Assembly: GCA_963666345.1 (NCBI GenBank) | Contig: OY762721.1 | Location: forward strand, 2,336,001-2,400,000 | Direction of reading: 5' to 3' | DNA length: 64,000 nucleotides | Origin: Desulfatiglandales bacterium | Lineage (GTDB): Bacteria > Desulfobacterota > DSM-4660 > Desulfatiglandales > Desulfatiglandaceae | Shown here: piece by piece, positions 29,227-39,092 of the stretch | Numbering within the stretch: the first letter of the stretch is position 1 | Layout: every line of letters begins with the position of its first letter | Translations under genes and position numbers: made by a program | The notes under the pieces: model-generated | Database searches by the model: none | What the model was told of the DNA's origin: nothing | Seen by the model: the letters and a program-made list of their open reading frames with translations, nothing else

Positions 29227-30162
29227 ATGGATCAGGCAACACGTTTAAGAAGAATAATAAAGGGGGAATCCGACAGGATTTTTGAGTTCAGAACAAAAAA
29301 TCAAAATGGAACATTTACCGCTGTAAATACTCCCGCCGTCTTTGCCGTTACCAGCGGTAAAGGTGGGGTCGGTAAAACAAATATTGTCGGTAATCTTGCT
29401 ATTGCATGTCAGCGAATGGGCAAAAGGGTCCTGATATTTGATGCGGACCTGGGGTTGGCCAACATCGATATTATTTTTGGTTTTAATCCGGAGCATAACA
29501 TTGATGAAGTCATCAGGGGAGAAAAGGATTTATCTCAGATTATTGTTAAAGGCCCTGAAGGGGTGTCTGTAATTCCAGCGAGTTCCGGTGTACAGGAACT
29601 CGCCAATTTGACGGAAGGTCATAAAATAAATCTTTTAAATGAATTTGATAACTTGAACAGCATGTATGACATTCTGCTGATTGACACGGGTGCCGGTATT
29701 TCTTCCAATGTCCTATATTTCAACTTGGCGGCACAGGAAAGAATCATTGTTTTGACGCCTGAGCCTACATCGATAACAGATGCCTATGCCCTTTTGAAAG
29801 TCATGTATCACAAACACGGTACCAAGAATTTTACCCTTTTGATCAATATGGCTAAAAACGAAAAGCAGGCAAAATCAGTCTACGAAAACCTTACCAAAGT
29901 GGTGGATAGATTCTTAGGCGATATTTTCATAGATTACGCGGGATATATTCCAAAGGATGATTTCGTGGTAAAGGCTGTAAGCAAACGAGAGCCTGTCCTA
30001 TGCAGTTACCCTGAAGCGCCTTGTTGTAAAAAGTTTCGTCAATTAGCTGACTATCTTATAAACCGGATCGATAAAATACCGCTTGACGGCAATATCAAAT
30101 TTCTGTGGAAAAGATTAATCGGGCAAACAGCAGGAATAAATAATGACGCCACAAATCAATAA
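29227..30162 (+). CDS. flhG: MinD-like ATPase FlhG/FleN
   Basis: N-terminal DQAxxLR, SGKGGVGKT, DADLGLAN, EPTSITDAYA. Confidence 0.95.
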   Translation: MDQATRLRRIIKGESDRIFEFRTKNQNGTFTAVNTPAVFAVTSGKGGVGKTNIVGNLAIACQRMGKRVLIFDADLGLANIDIIFGFNPEHNIDEVIRGEKDLSQIIVKGPEGVSVIPASSGVQELANLTEGHKINLLNEFDNLNSMYDILLIDTGAGISSNVLYFNLAAQERIIVLTPEPTSITDAYALLKVMYHKHGTKNFTLLINMAKNEKQAKSVYENLTKVVDRFLGDIFIDYAGYIPKDDFVVKAVSKREPVLCSYPEAPCCKKFRQLADYLINRIDKIPLDGNIKFLWKRLIGQTAGINNDATNQ

Positions 30163-30904
30163 GTATCATCAGGCTATCAAAACAGGCCGAGACCATAAGG
30201 ATAGCAAAACCAGAGAAGAACGCATTCTGGAATGTGCCCCTCTTGTAAAACACATTGCGGACAGAATGGCAATTCGTTTGCCCCCCAATGTTTCGAGGGA
30301 AGAAATGATGAGCGCTGGAATCCTCGGATTATATGATGCCTTAGACAAATTCGATCCCGAAATGGGGTTCAAATTTCAAACATATGCCGAGCATAGGATA
30401 AAGGGAGCAATGTTGGATGAATTGCGGAAAATGGGTTGGGTTTCAAGATCCGTCATGAAAGACGTGCACAGGATTGAAAATACCTTCAACGCGCTAACCT
30501 TCAGGCTTGGCAGGGAACCGGAAGATTTTGAGATTGCCAAGGAAATGGGTGTAGATATTGATAAATATCACAAAATGATCAGGCGGGCGCAGGGGGTAAG
30601 TCTTTTAAGCCTTGACGAGATCATGTCGGATGGAAACGTCCCAAAATTTACCGACCGTACATCCAGTACACCTTCTTCTTTAAATGAGTTAGAAATAAAG
30701 GAATTGAAAAATATCGTTTCTAAGGCAATTTTAAGTCTTGCGAAAAAAGAGCAATTGGTCGTCGCACTATATTACTATGATGAATTGACATTAAAAGAAA
30801 TAGGTGAGGTGTTGCATTTAACAGAGTCAAGGGTATCCCAAATTCATTCAAAGACGATACTGAAACTAAGGGTAAAACTCAAATCATATTATGAAGATGG
30901 ATGA
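30143..30904 (+). CDS. fliA: RNA polymerase sigma28 factor FliA
   Basis: YAEHRIKGAMLDELR, LYYYDELTLKEIGEVLHLTESRVSQIH. Confidence 0.96.
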   Translation: MTPQINKYHQAIKTGRDHKDSKTREERILECAPLVKHIADRMAIRLPPNVSREEMMSAGILGLYDALDKFDPEMGFKFQTYAEHRIKGAMLDELRKMGWVSRSVMKDVHRIENTFNALTFRLGREPEDFEIAKEMGVDIDKYHKMIRRAQGVSLLSLDEIMSDGNVPKFTDRTSSTPSSLNELEIKELKNIVSKAILSLAKKEQLVVALYYYDELTLKEIGEVLHLTESRVSQIHSKTILKLRVKLKSYYEDG

Positions 30905-31496
30905 CAAAAAAGAACAATCCTCCGCCATTATATTAGATGACATCGGGGAAACCGGGGAACAATTCTCAGGAAATGAATTGGATGAGCCGGAAGACATAAT
31001 CGTCGAATCAAGTCCTGACACGAAATCCGCAAAAGGCGCTGAAAAAAGATCCAAAAGGAAAGCTTTTTTATGCTTGACTTTCGCAATCGGCCTATTTGCT
31101 TTTTCCACGATCGGATATCATATGGTCAGGCATGCAATTACTCCTTTACCAACTGATAAAAAGGAAGTCGGTCATCTTGTCAAATTTGCAATCGAAAGGG
31201 GTCAATCAGCCGAATTTCGCTCATTTGTAATTCCTTTCCAGGGGAGTAAAAAATATTGCTACATCACTTTATCCATTGCCTTCAATCTCCCGAATCAAAA
31301 ACTAAGAGAAAAGATTTTAGCGGACGGATGCCGGCTTAGAGGAATCATCTATGATATGTTGTCGGAGGAGATGGCTGAATATCAAGACATACCATCACCG
31401 GAGGAAATCAAAAAGTGTATTATCAGAGCCGTTAACAGGGTTTTAACTGTGGGGAAGATCGATAATGTATACATAATCGATCTCTTGGCTGTTTGA
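30891..31496 (+). CDS. Second FliL-like protein
   Basis: Acidic N-terminus, one TM, FVIP..YITLSI..LRGIIY..NVYIIDLL FliL-like pattern. Confidence 0.7.
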   Translation: MKMDDKKEQSSAIILDDIGETGEQFSGNELDEPEDIIVESSPDTKSAKGAEKRSKRKAFLCLTFAIGLFAFSTIGYHMVRHAITPLPTDKKEVGHLVKFAIERGQSAEFRSFVIPFQGSKKYCYITLSIAFNLPNQKLREKILADGCRLRGIIYDMLSEEMAEYQDIPSPEEIKKCIIRAVNRVLTVGKIDNVYIIDLLAV

Positions 31497-31612
31497 CTTG
31501 CTTTGTATTCAAGCAGTGACGAAATGACGGTAATTGCGCTGCGGATGTAGATCTGACTTTTAAGAACGAACCGCTGAAATCTTAATGGTTTTGCTCTGAG
31601 TTGGAGGAAGAA

Positions 31613-31918
31613 ATGTCCGGTCTAAGTGATACGAATATTGTCTTGGGTCAGGGAGATGCCATAAAGGAAGTCCATAACATAAGAAGGCAGGATCTGGAAT
31701 TGAATCAACAATTTGTCGCACAAAAAGCGGAGAAAAAGAAAAAAGAGGAAAGATCAAAGGTTCAGGATTCTGCAGGAGGCGACAGGGTAAATATTAAGGG
31801 TGACGAAGAAGAGAAAGGGAATGAAGCTCCCGGAGAAAATAAAAGAGATCCAATGAAGAAAAAAACAAATGAGGTGTCCGATCCGTCGGAAAAAAGGCTT
31901 ATTGATATAAAGGTATAA
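31613..31918 (+). CDS. Small charged hypothetical protein ending LIDIKV
   Basis: SD GGAGG before the ATG at 31613; K/E-rich. Confidence 0.7.
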   Translation: MSGLSDTNIVLGQGDAIKEVHNIRRQDLELNQQFVAQKAEKKKKEERSKVQDSAGGDRVNIKGDEEEKGNEAPGENKRDPMKKKTNEVSDPSEKRLIDIKV

Positions 31919-31920
31919 CC

Positions 31921-32415
31921 ATGACATCCATTGAACTGAAGTTTCTGATTTTTGCACTTATAGGAATCGATGCCGTAATCGTTTTTTTTGTTGCGATTTT
32001 AATAAGGAAATCAAGACCTCTCAACAGCGGTAAGGCACTGCGCGATGGAACAAAAATATTTGAATCTTTGCTGACCGACGCGGATAAAGTTTCAAGTCAA
32101 TTAAGAAAGGAACTGGGAGAAAAGCACAAGCTCATAAAAGATCTTAATGAGAAACTGGACGACAGGATAATGAGTTTGAATGTCCTGTTGAACAGAGCTG
32201 ATGCAGTGCTTTTTTCTTATGAAAGAGGCCCTGGAGATGTCAACAATACCGCGTCTCTAAAAGACCAGGAAAGGGAGATTCTGAGGTTGTCAAGGGAGGG
32301 TAACGATTTTGAAAAAATTGCGCAGATACTTGAGGTCTCCAAGGGGGAAGTTAAACTGGTATTAGGTTTAAAGAGAAACCTTTCCCAGGCAGGAAGTGCT
32401 GAAGGTGCATCTTGA
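31921..32415 (+). CDS. SwrB/FipA-like membrane protein (DUF6115/DUF2802-like)
   Basis: N-terminal TM, coiled coil, C-terminal IAQILEVSKGEVKLVL; downstream of fliA. Confidence 0.7.
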   Translation: MTSIELKFLIFALIGIDAVIVFFVAILIRKSRPLNSGKALRDGTKIFESLLTDADKVSSQLRKELGEKHKLIKDLNEKLDDRIMSLNVLLNRADAVLFSYERGPGDVNNTASLKDQEREILRLSREGNDFEKIAQILEVSKGEVKLVLGLKRNLSQAGSAEGAS

Positions 32416-33512
32416 TACAAATAAATTATATGAGTTCAGATAGATATCCTCCATCGTCCGTATCAAAAAAACCCCTCAAAACCGATTCGGGTGTCGCTTC
32501 TTCACTCAAATTAAGCAAAAATGAAGTCTTTGAGGGAAAGGTGTTGAAATTGCTCGGTTCAAACGAGGCCTTGCTTCTTGTAAAAGGGGAAAAAGTAACA
32601 GCACGAACAGATGTGCGGATGAGTGAAGGGGATATTTTATCTCTTAGGGTTGAAGAATCCCTGCCTACCCCAACCCTTAAACTCCTTGGAATTAGATTCG
32701 CAGGTCGCAGTACAATTAATGTTTCCATGATACTGTCGGCAATGAAGGAAAATCTGTGGGAAAGCATAAGTGAAAACATGGATCGTCTGGGCTTACCGCA
32801 AGCGGAAAGTGCCAGGTTCAGAGAACTGTTGGACGAGTTGGCTCATCGGATATTCTTGAAACCCGGACCGGACATGCTAAAGATATTAATCGACAAGTCG
32901 GGCCTGGGTTGGGAGGCAAAACTCCTTAAGGCATTAATGAACAAAAAAATTACCGGAGTCAATCTTAGCAGACTGGCAGGAGGAGACCTGAAGGGTCTGG
33001 TGTCAAGATTCCTTGAACTTAATCAGGCAGGAGGGGCTCTTCTGAGAAGATTCATCTCTACCATAGAAAACATCCAGGTACTTAATCTTCTGGGACTGGA
33101 AGAGGAAGGGAAAATTTTTCTGCCTGTTCCGATTCAATTTCCCGACGGGTTTTTTACCGTGGGTCAGTTGTTAATTCATATGCCTCGGAAGGCAAAGGGT
33201 AAACGTGATAAACAAGACTCCGGCAAAAACATATTCAATATAACTCTTTTACTGGAGTTGTCCGACCTTGGACCTGTAAGGGCGGATCTCGCCATAAAAG
33301 AACAAGAGATTAAGGGAAGATTTTTGATTACTAAAGAAGAGACAAAAGTGCTTATTGAAAACAATATGATATCTTTTATCAGGAACCTGAAAGACCGGGG
33401 CTTCAAAATCCACCATATGGAGTGCCGTCTTAAGGAACCGGGGATAGTAAGGCAATCGCTTCTTAAGGAAATTGTTAAGGAAGAAGGCAGTTCCATTTGC
33501 CTTGTCGCGTAA
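32412..33512 (+). CDS. FliK-C-domain-containing protein (YlqG-like)
   Basis: C-terminal LLLELSDLGPVRADL FliK-like motif; immediately upstream of the FlhX gene. Confidence 0.7.
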   Translation: MIQINYMSSDRYPPSSVSKKPLKTDSGVASSLKLSKNEVFEGKVLKLLGSNEALLLVKGEKVTARTDVRMSEGDILSLRVEESLPTPTLKLLGIRFAGRSTINVSMILSAMKENLWESISENMDRLGLPQAESARFRELLDELAHRIFLKPGPDMLKILIDKSGLGWEAKLLKALMNKKITGVNLSRLAGGDLKGLVSRFLELNQAGGALLRRFISTIENIQVLNLLGLEEEGKIFLPVPIQFPDGFFTVGQLLIHMPRKAKGKRDKQDSGKNIFNITLLLELSDLGPVRADLAIKEQEIKGRFLITKEETKVLIENNMISFIRNLKDRGFKIHHMECRLKEPGIVRQSLLKEIVKEEGSSICLVA

Positions 33513-33788
33513 ATGAAAAAAAGCAAAGAACAGGATAAGGCAGTTGCGTTAAAGTATCTGCCTGAATTGGATAATGCGCCCAAGATCACTGCAATGGGAA
33601 CGGGAGACGTGGCCCGGAAGATTATTAAGACAGCAAGGGAGCACAATATACACATCCACAACGACCCTGATCTGATTGAGGTCTTGTCGCAGCTTGATCT
33701 GAATGAGGAGATTCCCCCTACCTTGTATGTCATCGTCGCAGAATTGTTGAACTTTGTATATTCACTGAATGCCGATAAAGACAGGTGA
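33513..33788 (+). CDS. Stand-alone FlhB C-terminal homologue (FlhX/YlqH; EscU/YscU/HrcU family)
   Basis: KAVALKY..APKITAMG.G..ARKII..EIPPTLYVIVAELL. Confidence 0.9.
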   Translation: MKKSKEQDKAVALKYLPELDNAPKITAMGTGDVARKIIKTAREHNIHIHNDPDLIEVLSQLDLNEEIPPTLYVIVAELLNFVYSLNADKDR

Positions 33789-33849
33789 TCGGGGAAATCC
33801 GCTTCAGTTTATAGGACCAGGCAAAAAGTTCATTTGCATTGAGCAGTAT

Positions 33850-33863
33850 GGGAATTTTTTTCC
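33850..33863. promoter_or_regulatory. Candidate enhancer site GGGA-W6-TTCC
   Basis: GGGAATTTTTTTCC about 85 bp upstream of the flgF sigma54 promoter. Confidence 0.4.
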
Positions 33864-33947
33864 TCCCGGCCTATGAATTTTTCCGGATGCCGGTGGAATT
33901 AGAGATATTATCGGGCCTTTAGGGCACGATTAGCGTCTTTGCTTTTA

Positions 33948-33963
33948 TGGCATTAATATTGCT
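33948..33963 (+). promoter_or_regulatory. Sigma54 promoter for flgFGAHIJ
   Basis: TGGCATTAATATTGCT. Confidence 0.85.
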
Positions 33964-34010
33964 TGTATAAAGTAGCGGGTTCATCAAAAAACCAAAAGGA
34001 GTTAGTCAAC

Positions 34011-34694
34011 GTGATATCCGGAATTCATAATGTACTGGACAGTGCCCTACTTCAAAGGGTGAGATTCGACAATATAGCCAATAATCTTGCAAATATTAGT
34101 ACTAATGCCTTTAAAAAGGATGTCGTCTCATTTAATGAAACACTGTCCATGCAGTATAATTCCGAAACGGACTTCAGCCAGGGTTCTGTTATCTATACCG
34201 GTAACAAGCTCGATGTGGCGCTTGGGTCAAAGGGATTTTTCAAGATACAGGTGCCCGGCGGTATCCGATATGCAAGGAATGGCTCGTTCAGCCTGGACGC
34301 GGAGGGCTTCTTGGTAACCCAGAACGGCTTTAAGGTCTTGGGGCGGAACGGTCCAATAAGAATCGATGGAAATTGTGTGTCCATAGGAACAGACGGGCAG
34401 ATTTCAGTGGATAACGCTCCTGTCGACAAGATGCTGGTGGTGGATTCCAACCGGTCTCAATTCTTCAAAAAGGAGAGTTCTTCATACTATAGCTATCAGG
34501 GGGGAGACGAGGAACTCTTTGCGACAGAAAATGTCGATATTAGGCAGGGCTATCTTGAGAAATCAAATGTCGACCCGACAACAGAAATGATCAAGATGAT
34601 AGAGACCTTCAGGGCTTATGAATCGGCCCAGAAGGCGATTCAGTGCATGGATGAAATGACGAGTAAAATGATTAATGATGTCGGCCTGCAGTAA
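34011..34694 (+). CDS. flgF: Rod protein FlgF
   Basis: IANNLAN, TGNKLDVAL, YARNGSF, LEKSNVD; GTG at 34011 after AAGGAG; precedes flgG. Confidence 0.9.
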   Translation: MISGIHNVLDSALLQRVRFDNIANNLANISTNAFKKDVVSFNETLSMQYNSETDFSQGSVIYTGNKLDVALGSKGFFKIQVPGGIRYARNGSFSLDAEGFLVTQNGFKVLGRNGPIRIDGNCVSIGTDGQISVDNAPVDKMLVVDSNRSQFFKKESSSYYSYQGGDEELFATENVDIRQGYLEKSNVDPTTEMIKMIETFRAYESAQKAIQCMDEMTSKMINDVGLQ

Positions 34695-34711
34695 TAGGGG
34701 GGAGAATAGTT

Positions 34712-35494
34712 ATGTTAAGGGGAATGTGGTCGGCGGCATCCGGAATGGCCGCACAGCAGATGACGATCGATGTTATTGCCAATAACCTGGCCAACGTAGG
34801 GACCGTAAGCTTCAAAAAGAGCCGGTCCGAATTTCAGGACTTGATGTATCAGACCGTTAATCAGGCCGGATCAAGAACATCCGACGGCAGCCAGATCCCC
34901 ACCGGCATTCAAATCGGTATGGGCACAATGCCTCTCGGTGTGCAAAAAATGTTCATGCAGGGGGATTTTAAAGAGACAAAAGATGAATTGAATATGGTTA
35001 TAGAGGGCAAGGGCTTCTTTAAGGTGCTCAACAATGACGAAGAGCTGTATACCAGGGCGGGCAATTTCAAACTGGATGCCGACGGAAACATATGTACGCC
35101 CAATGGTGACAAGCTGCAACCGGAGATGACCGTTCCGACAGATACGGTATCTATTAATATCGACGGCACCGGAACAGTAACGGCCTTTGATCCTTCGGGT
35201 CAGGGAACTTCCCTCGGGGAAATAGAATTATACAGTTTTGCAAACCCTGCCGGTCTATATAGTCTGGGGCATAATTTATATAGATCCACGGATGCGTCGG
35301 GGGAAGCAGTCAGCGGCACTCCCGGTTCGGAAGGTTTGGGGACCATAGCTCAGGGCTTCATCGAGATGTCTAATGTGGATGTGGTAGAAGAGATGGTTTC
35401 CATGATAATGGCCCAGAGGGCCTATGAGGTAAACAGCAAGGCAATACAGACGGCGGACAGCATGCTGCAGATTGCCAATAACCTCAAGAGGTAA
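34712..35494 (+). CDS. flgG: Distal rod protein FlgG
   Basis: FQDLMYQ, PTGIQIGMG, FANPAGL, AQRAYEVNSK. Confidence 0.97.
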   Translation: MLRGMWSAASGMAAQQMTIDVIANNLANVGTVSFKKSRSEFQDLMYQTVNQAGSRTSDGSQIPTGIQIGMGTMPLGVQKMFMQGDFKETKDELNMVIEGKGFFKVLNNDEELYTRAGNFKLDADGNICTPNGDKLQPEMTVPTDTVSINIDGTGTVTAFDPSGQGTSLGEIELYSFANPAGLYSLGHNLYRSTDASGEAVSGTPGSEGLGTIAQGFIEMSNVDVVEEMVSMIMAQRAYEVNSKAIQTADSMLQIANNLKR

Positions 35495-35499
35495 TCCCC

Positions 35500-36255
35500 A
35501 TGGTTAAGAATGTACATGTCATTATTTTTCTGGCCTGTTTTTGGGGGTTTTGTTTTCCTTTCAATGCGGAGTCGACCGCAAAAAGCAATAGCAGTGAAGT
35601 AATTGATCAGGGCTTTCAATCCATACCGGATTTCAAGTTCAAAAGATGCCTTTTGAAATATCTTTGTCGGAACTTAGGAAAAGAGGAATCGGATATCATT
35701 GTATCCAAAGTCAAGGTCAGCCGAAACAGGGCTGTTCCGGTGGGAAAGATCAGCATCAGATTGAGCCGGAAAGATACCGGAAGGCTTGCCGGAAACGTTA
35801 AATTGAATGCCATTGTAAGTGTGAACGGGATAGAAGAAAATAATGTGCGGATTTATTCCTGGATAGATGTGTTTGAGTCCGTAGTCTGCGCTTCCCGTGA
35901 CCTTAAAAGGAAGGATATCATCAGAGAGGATGATGTCTATCTGGCTAGAAAAAATATATCTCACATGCCGCCTAACACCGTGAGGGGATTGAGCAAGGTG
36001 GTAGGGCTGACGATGAAACATAATGTAAAAGCGGATACCTGCCTTAAAGGATGGATGGTTGAAAAAACTCCCGCAGTGAAAAGGGGGGATATGGTAACCA
36101 TCATGGCGGAATCGGATGATTTAAAGGTGACTATTCCAGGCAGGGTTATGGAAAAGGGCTGCCTTGGAGAGCTTGTAAAAGTTGAAAACATAATCAGCAA
36201 AAAAGAAATATACGCAAGGGTCATTAACAATTTGGCCGTAATGGTAAATTTTTAG
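35500..36255 (+). CDS. flgA: P-ring assembly chaperone FlgA
   Basis: Signal peptide, SAF-like segment, VKRGDMVTI..G.LGELVKVEN..SKK. Confidence 0.92.
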   Translation: MVKNVHVIIFLACFWGFCFPFNAESTAKSNSSEVIDQGFQSIPDFKFKRCLLKYLCRNLGKEESDIIVSKVKVSRNRAVPVGKISIRLSRKDTGRLAGNVKLNAIVSVNGIEENNVRIYSWIDVFESVVCASRDLKRKDIIREDDVYLARKNISHMPPNTVRGLSKVVGLTMKHNVKADTCLKGWMVEKTPAVKRGDMVTIMAESDDLKVTIPGRVMEKGCLGELVKVENIISKKEIYARVINNLAVMVNF

Positions 36256-36264
36256 GGGAGTAAA

Positions 36265-36978
36265 ATGGTCCTTAAAAAGGATATATTTATATTGGTGATG
36301 ATTGCCTTCCTGTCCGGGTGTGCCGCCTTCCCGCTAAGGACCTCTGACGTGCCTGAAATTAAAAGAATCCATGAGCCGCAATTTTCTGATTACAGGCAGC
36401 CTGAGACGGCGGAGGGTTCGTTATGGTCGGAGGTAAGGGGCGTCAGCCTTTTCCCTGACATGAGGGCGAGAAAAATCGGAGATATCGTGATCGTCAGGAT
36501 CGTGGAGGATCCGGAGGCGGAACTCAATGCAAATACCAGCGCGAGCAGATCATCGACTGTAAACGCAAACCTCAAGTTCCTGGGTTATATGCAGGCTCTG
36601 GCCGATAAAAATTCCAGGCTTGCTCAGGTTCCGGGTCAGGACGATCTTATAAATGCCACCTTGAATTCAGAGTTCGATGGTGAAGGTTCCAGTGACAGAG
36701 ACGGACACGTCAAGGCGTATGTTTCCGCCGTGATTATAAGGGTCCTGCCCAACGGAAATTTCTACATAAACGGGAAAAGACAGATCAAGATCAATAATGA
36801 GACGCAGTATATAGCCCTGTCGGGGATAATAAGGCCGGAGGATATAAGTCCGTCAAACGAGATCGCTTCGACATATGTGGCTGATGCCAGGATATGCTAC
36901 GCGGGTATCGGAGCACTGGCGGATAAACAGAAACCCGGGTGGTTGGGGAGGGCGCTTGATCATGTGTGGCCGTTTTAG
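36265..36978 (+). CDS. flgH: L-ring lipoprotein FlgH
   Basis: Lipobox LSGC, GSLW, GIIRPEDI, VADARI, terminal WPF. Confidence 0.96.
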   Translation: MVLKKDIFILVMIAFLSGCAAFPLRTSDVPEIKRIHEPQFSDYRQPETAEGSLWSEVRGVSLFPDMRARKIGDIVIVRIVEDPEAELNANTSASRSSTVNANLKFLGYMQALADKNSRLAQVPGQDDLINATLNSEFDGEGSSDRDGHVKAYVSAVIIRVLPNGNFYINGKRQIKINNETQYIALSGIIRPEDISPSNEIASTYVADARICYAGIGALADKQKPGWLGRALDHVWPF

Positions 36979-38131
36979 GATTTTACCGCTGATCATCTCA
37001 GCGCTTATTCTCTTTTTATCCAGTGAAGGAGATTGCGCAAGGATAAAGGATATCGTTTCAATTAAAGGCATCAGGCCTAACCAGCTTTTCGGGTATGGTC
37101 TGGTGATCGGCCTGAATGGCAGCGGTGACACAGGGGGGACAAGTTTTACAATTCAGGGCCTTGCAAATATGCTTGAACATGTCGGAATCCATGTCAATCC
37201 CGAAGATCTGAAAGTCAAAAATGTCGCGGCGGTGATGGTTAATGCGACTCTTCCTCCGTTTGCAAGGATAGGAAAAAAGATTGATGTAACCCTGTCCTCA
37301 ATCGGTGTCGCCAAAAGCCTTCAGGGGGGGACTCTTCTGCTGACTCCGCTAAAGGGTGTCGATGGAAAAGTATACGCCCTTTCCCAGGGTTCCGTGACAA
37401 TCGGCGGCTTCAGCGCCGGCGGGGCGGCGGGCGGGGGTGTCACGAAGAACCATCCTACGGTTGGGAGAATCAGTGGAGGGGCTACGGTGGAAAGAGAAAT
37501 CCCCTTGTCCCTCAACAATAGGAAGGAATTAACCATAATTTTAAACAATCCTGACTTCGGCACTGCTTCCGGGATCGCCGGTGTCATTAATTCGAAGTTT
37601 GGAGATGACATAGCCAGACCTATAGACTCCGGTACTTTAAAATTCAGGATTCCCGGGTTGTTTCAGGATCGGGTTGTCGACTTTCTTGCTTTAATCGGCA
37701 AACTCGAGGTAGTTCCGGGGTCCGTGGCAAAGGTTATCGTCAATGAGAGGACCGGAACAGTAGTAATAGGGGAAAACGTCAAGATCTCAAAAGTTGCTGT
37801 TGCTCATGGAAATTTGAGCATTCAGATAAAGGAGTCAAACGAGGTTTCACAACCCGCGCCCTTTGCGCCGTCAGGCGGAAGGGGCTCTGCCCCGACACAA
37901 ATGGAAGGAGGGGCGATAGTGGCCTCAGGGGGCAGTACGGTTGTTTCCCCGGACAGCGATTTAGATGTCTCAGAGGAGAAGACTCGACTCCTTCTGGTTC
38001 CGGAGGGGAAAACGATCGGCCAGCTGGTCAGAGCCCTTAATGCCATCGGTGTAACTCCACGAGACCTCATTACCATCCTGCAGGCAATGAAGGCGGCAGG
38101 TGCACTGCAGGGCGAATTGGAAATCATGTAA
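36962..38131 (+). CDS. flgI: P-ring protein FlgI
   Basis: RIKDI, NQLFGYGLVIGL.GSGD, SLQGGTLL.TPL, NERTGTVV. Confidence 0.97.
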   Translation: MCGRFRILPLIISALILFLSSEGDCARIKDIVSIKGIRPNQLFGYGLVIGLNGSGDTGGTSFTIQGLANMLEHVGIHVNPEDLKVKNVAAVMVNATLPPFARIGKKIDVTLSSIGVAKSLQGGTLLLTPLKGVDGKVYALSQGSVTIGGFSAGGAAGGGVTKNHPTVGRISGGATVEREIPLSLNNRKELTIILNNPDFGTASGIAGVINSKFGDDIARPIDSGTLKFRIPGLFQDRVVDFLALIGKLEVVPGSVAKVIVNERTGTVVIGENVKISKVAVAHGNLSIQIKESNEVSQPAPFAPSGGRGSAPTQMEGGAIVASGGSTVVSPDSDLDVSEEKTRLLLVPEGKTIGQLVRALNAIGVTPRDLITILQAMKAAGALQGELEIM

Positions 38132-38143
38132 AGGAGAATCGGT

Positions 38144-38416
38144 ATGTTGAAGCAAATTTCATCGGAGCCGGGTTTAACGGAAATAAATAAGGATGTATCT
38201 TCCGGAAGACTCAAAAAGGCCTGCGCCGAGTTTGAATCCATTTTTATAGGCCATATGTTGAAATCAACGAGGACGGGAATAGCCGGAGAAAGCCTGTTTT
38301 TCAACAATAATGCGGGTAAAATGATTGAATCGATGTTTGATGATAGCCTTGCCCTGGGAATCGCAAAGGGAGGGGGGATAGGACTCGGGGAGATGCTTCT
38401 CGAACGATTGAAGTGA
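38144..38416 (+). CDS. flgJ: Short FlgJ (rod-binding domain only)
   Basis: ACAEFESIFI..MLKS.R, GGIGLGEML; 90 aa, no muramidase domain. Confidence 0.88.
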   Translation: MLKQISSEPGLTEINKDVSSGRLKKACAEFESIFIGHMLKSTRTGIAGESLFFNNNAGKMIESMFDDSLALGIAKGGGIGLGEMLLERLK

Positions 38417-38557
38417 TAAGTTCCAAGATTTTTTATTCACTGCGGCCCGACCGGAAAATTTGCTGCACCGAACTTTACCAAATATGGATACTCCCGGCCG
38501 TGTGGCTGAGCATGCGCGCAGCGGTCACTTTGAGCGGGATGAAAAGCGCCAAAACAA

Positions 38558-38585
38558 TAAAGTTTATGCCATTATGTGCCGATTA
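38558..38585 (+). promoter_or_regulatory. Sigma28 (FliA) promoter for flgN-flgK-flgL-csrA-fliW
   Basis: TAAAGTTT...GCCGATTA (TAAA-N16-GCCGATTA), ending 19 nt before the flgN ATG. Confidence 0.75.
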
Positions 38586-38604
38586 ATAGACAGGGAGTTC
38601 AGTT

Positions 38605-39090
38605 ATGGAACATATCGATTTCCAACCGGTTGAAATGCTTATTTGCGATAAGATCCTGCTATACGATGAACTGCGCCATTGTTTTATGCAGGAAAGGGAT
38701 TCACTGCTTAATATCGATCTGGATAAATTATGGCTGATATCCAAGAACAAGACGGAAATATGCTCCAAAATAAAATCCATCAGAAAGGAGATCCTTTCAA
38801 CGGTTAATAAAGGCACAAATAAAAAAGCAGTTGAGCTGAATGCTATAGCCGATCTGGTGCCGCCTGAAAGTAAACCTAGATTCCATGAGCTGTTCCTGAG
38901 GATTATAAGGCTGAAGGCTGAGATAGACGCTTTGAGAAAGGAAAATATGGGCTTTATGGATGACTCGCTCAGGTTTCTTGATGAAATGGTCTCGATAATA
39001 GCAGGTGAGGCAACAGGCAGGATTGTCTATAACGACAAATGTCATGTGAGTAGACCGGGCGCCAATATCCTTTTCAGCCGGGAGGCCTGA
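38605..39090 (+). CDS. flgN: Export chaperone FlgN
   Basis: Helical protein, N..FMDDSL, C-terminal Y; immediately upstream of flgK. Confidence 0.8.
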   Translation: MEHIDFQPVEMLICDKILLYDELRHCFMQERDSLLNIDLDKLWLISKNKTEICSKIKSIRKEILSTVNKGTNKKAVELNAIADLVPPESKPRFHELFLRIIRLKAEIDALRKENMGFMDDSLRFLDEMVSIIAGEATGRIVYNDKCHVSRPGANILFSREA

Positions 39091-39092
39091 TC

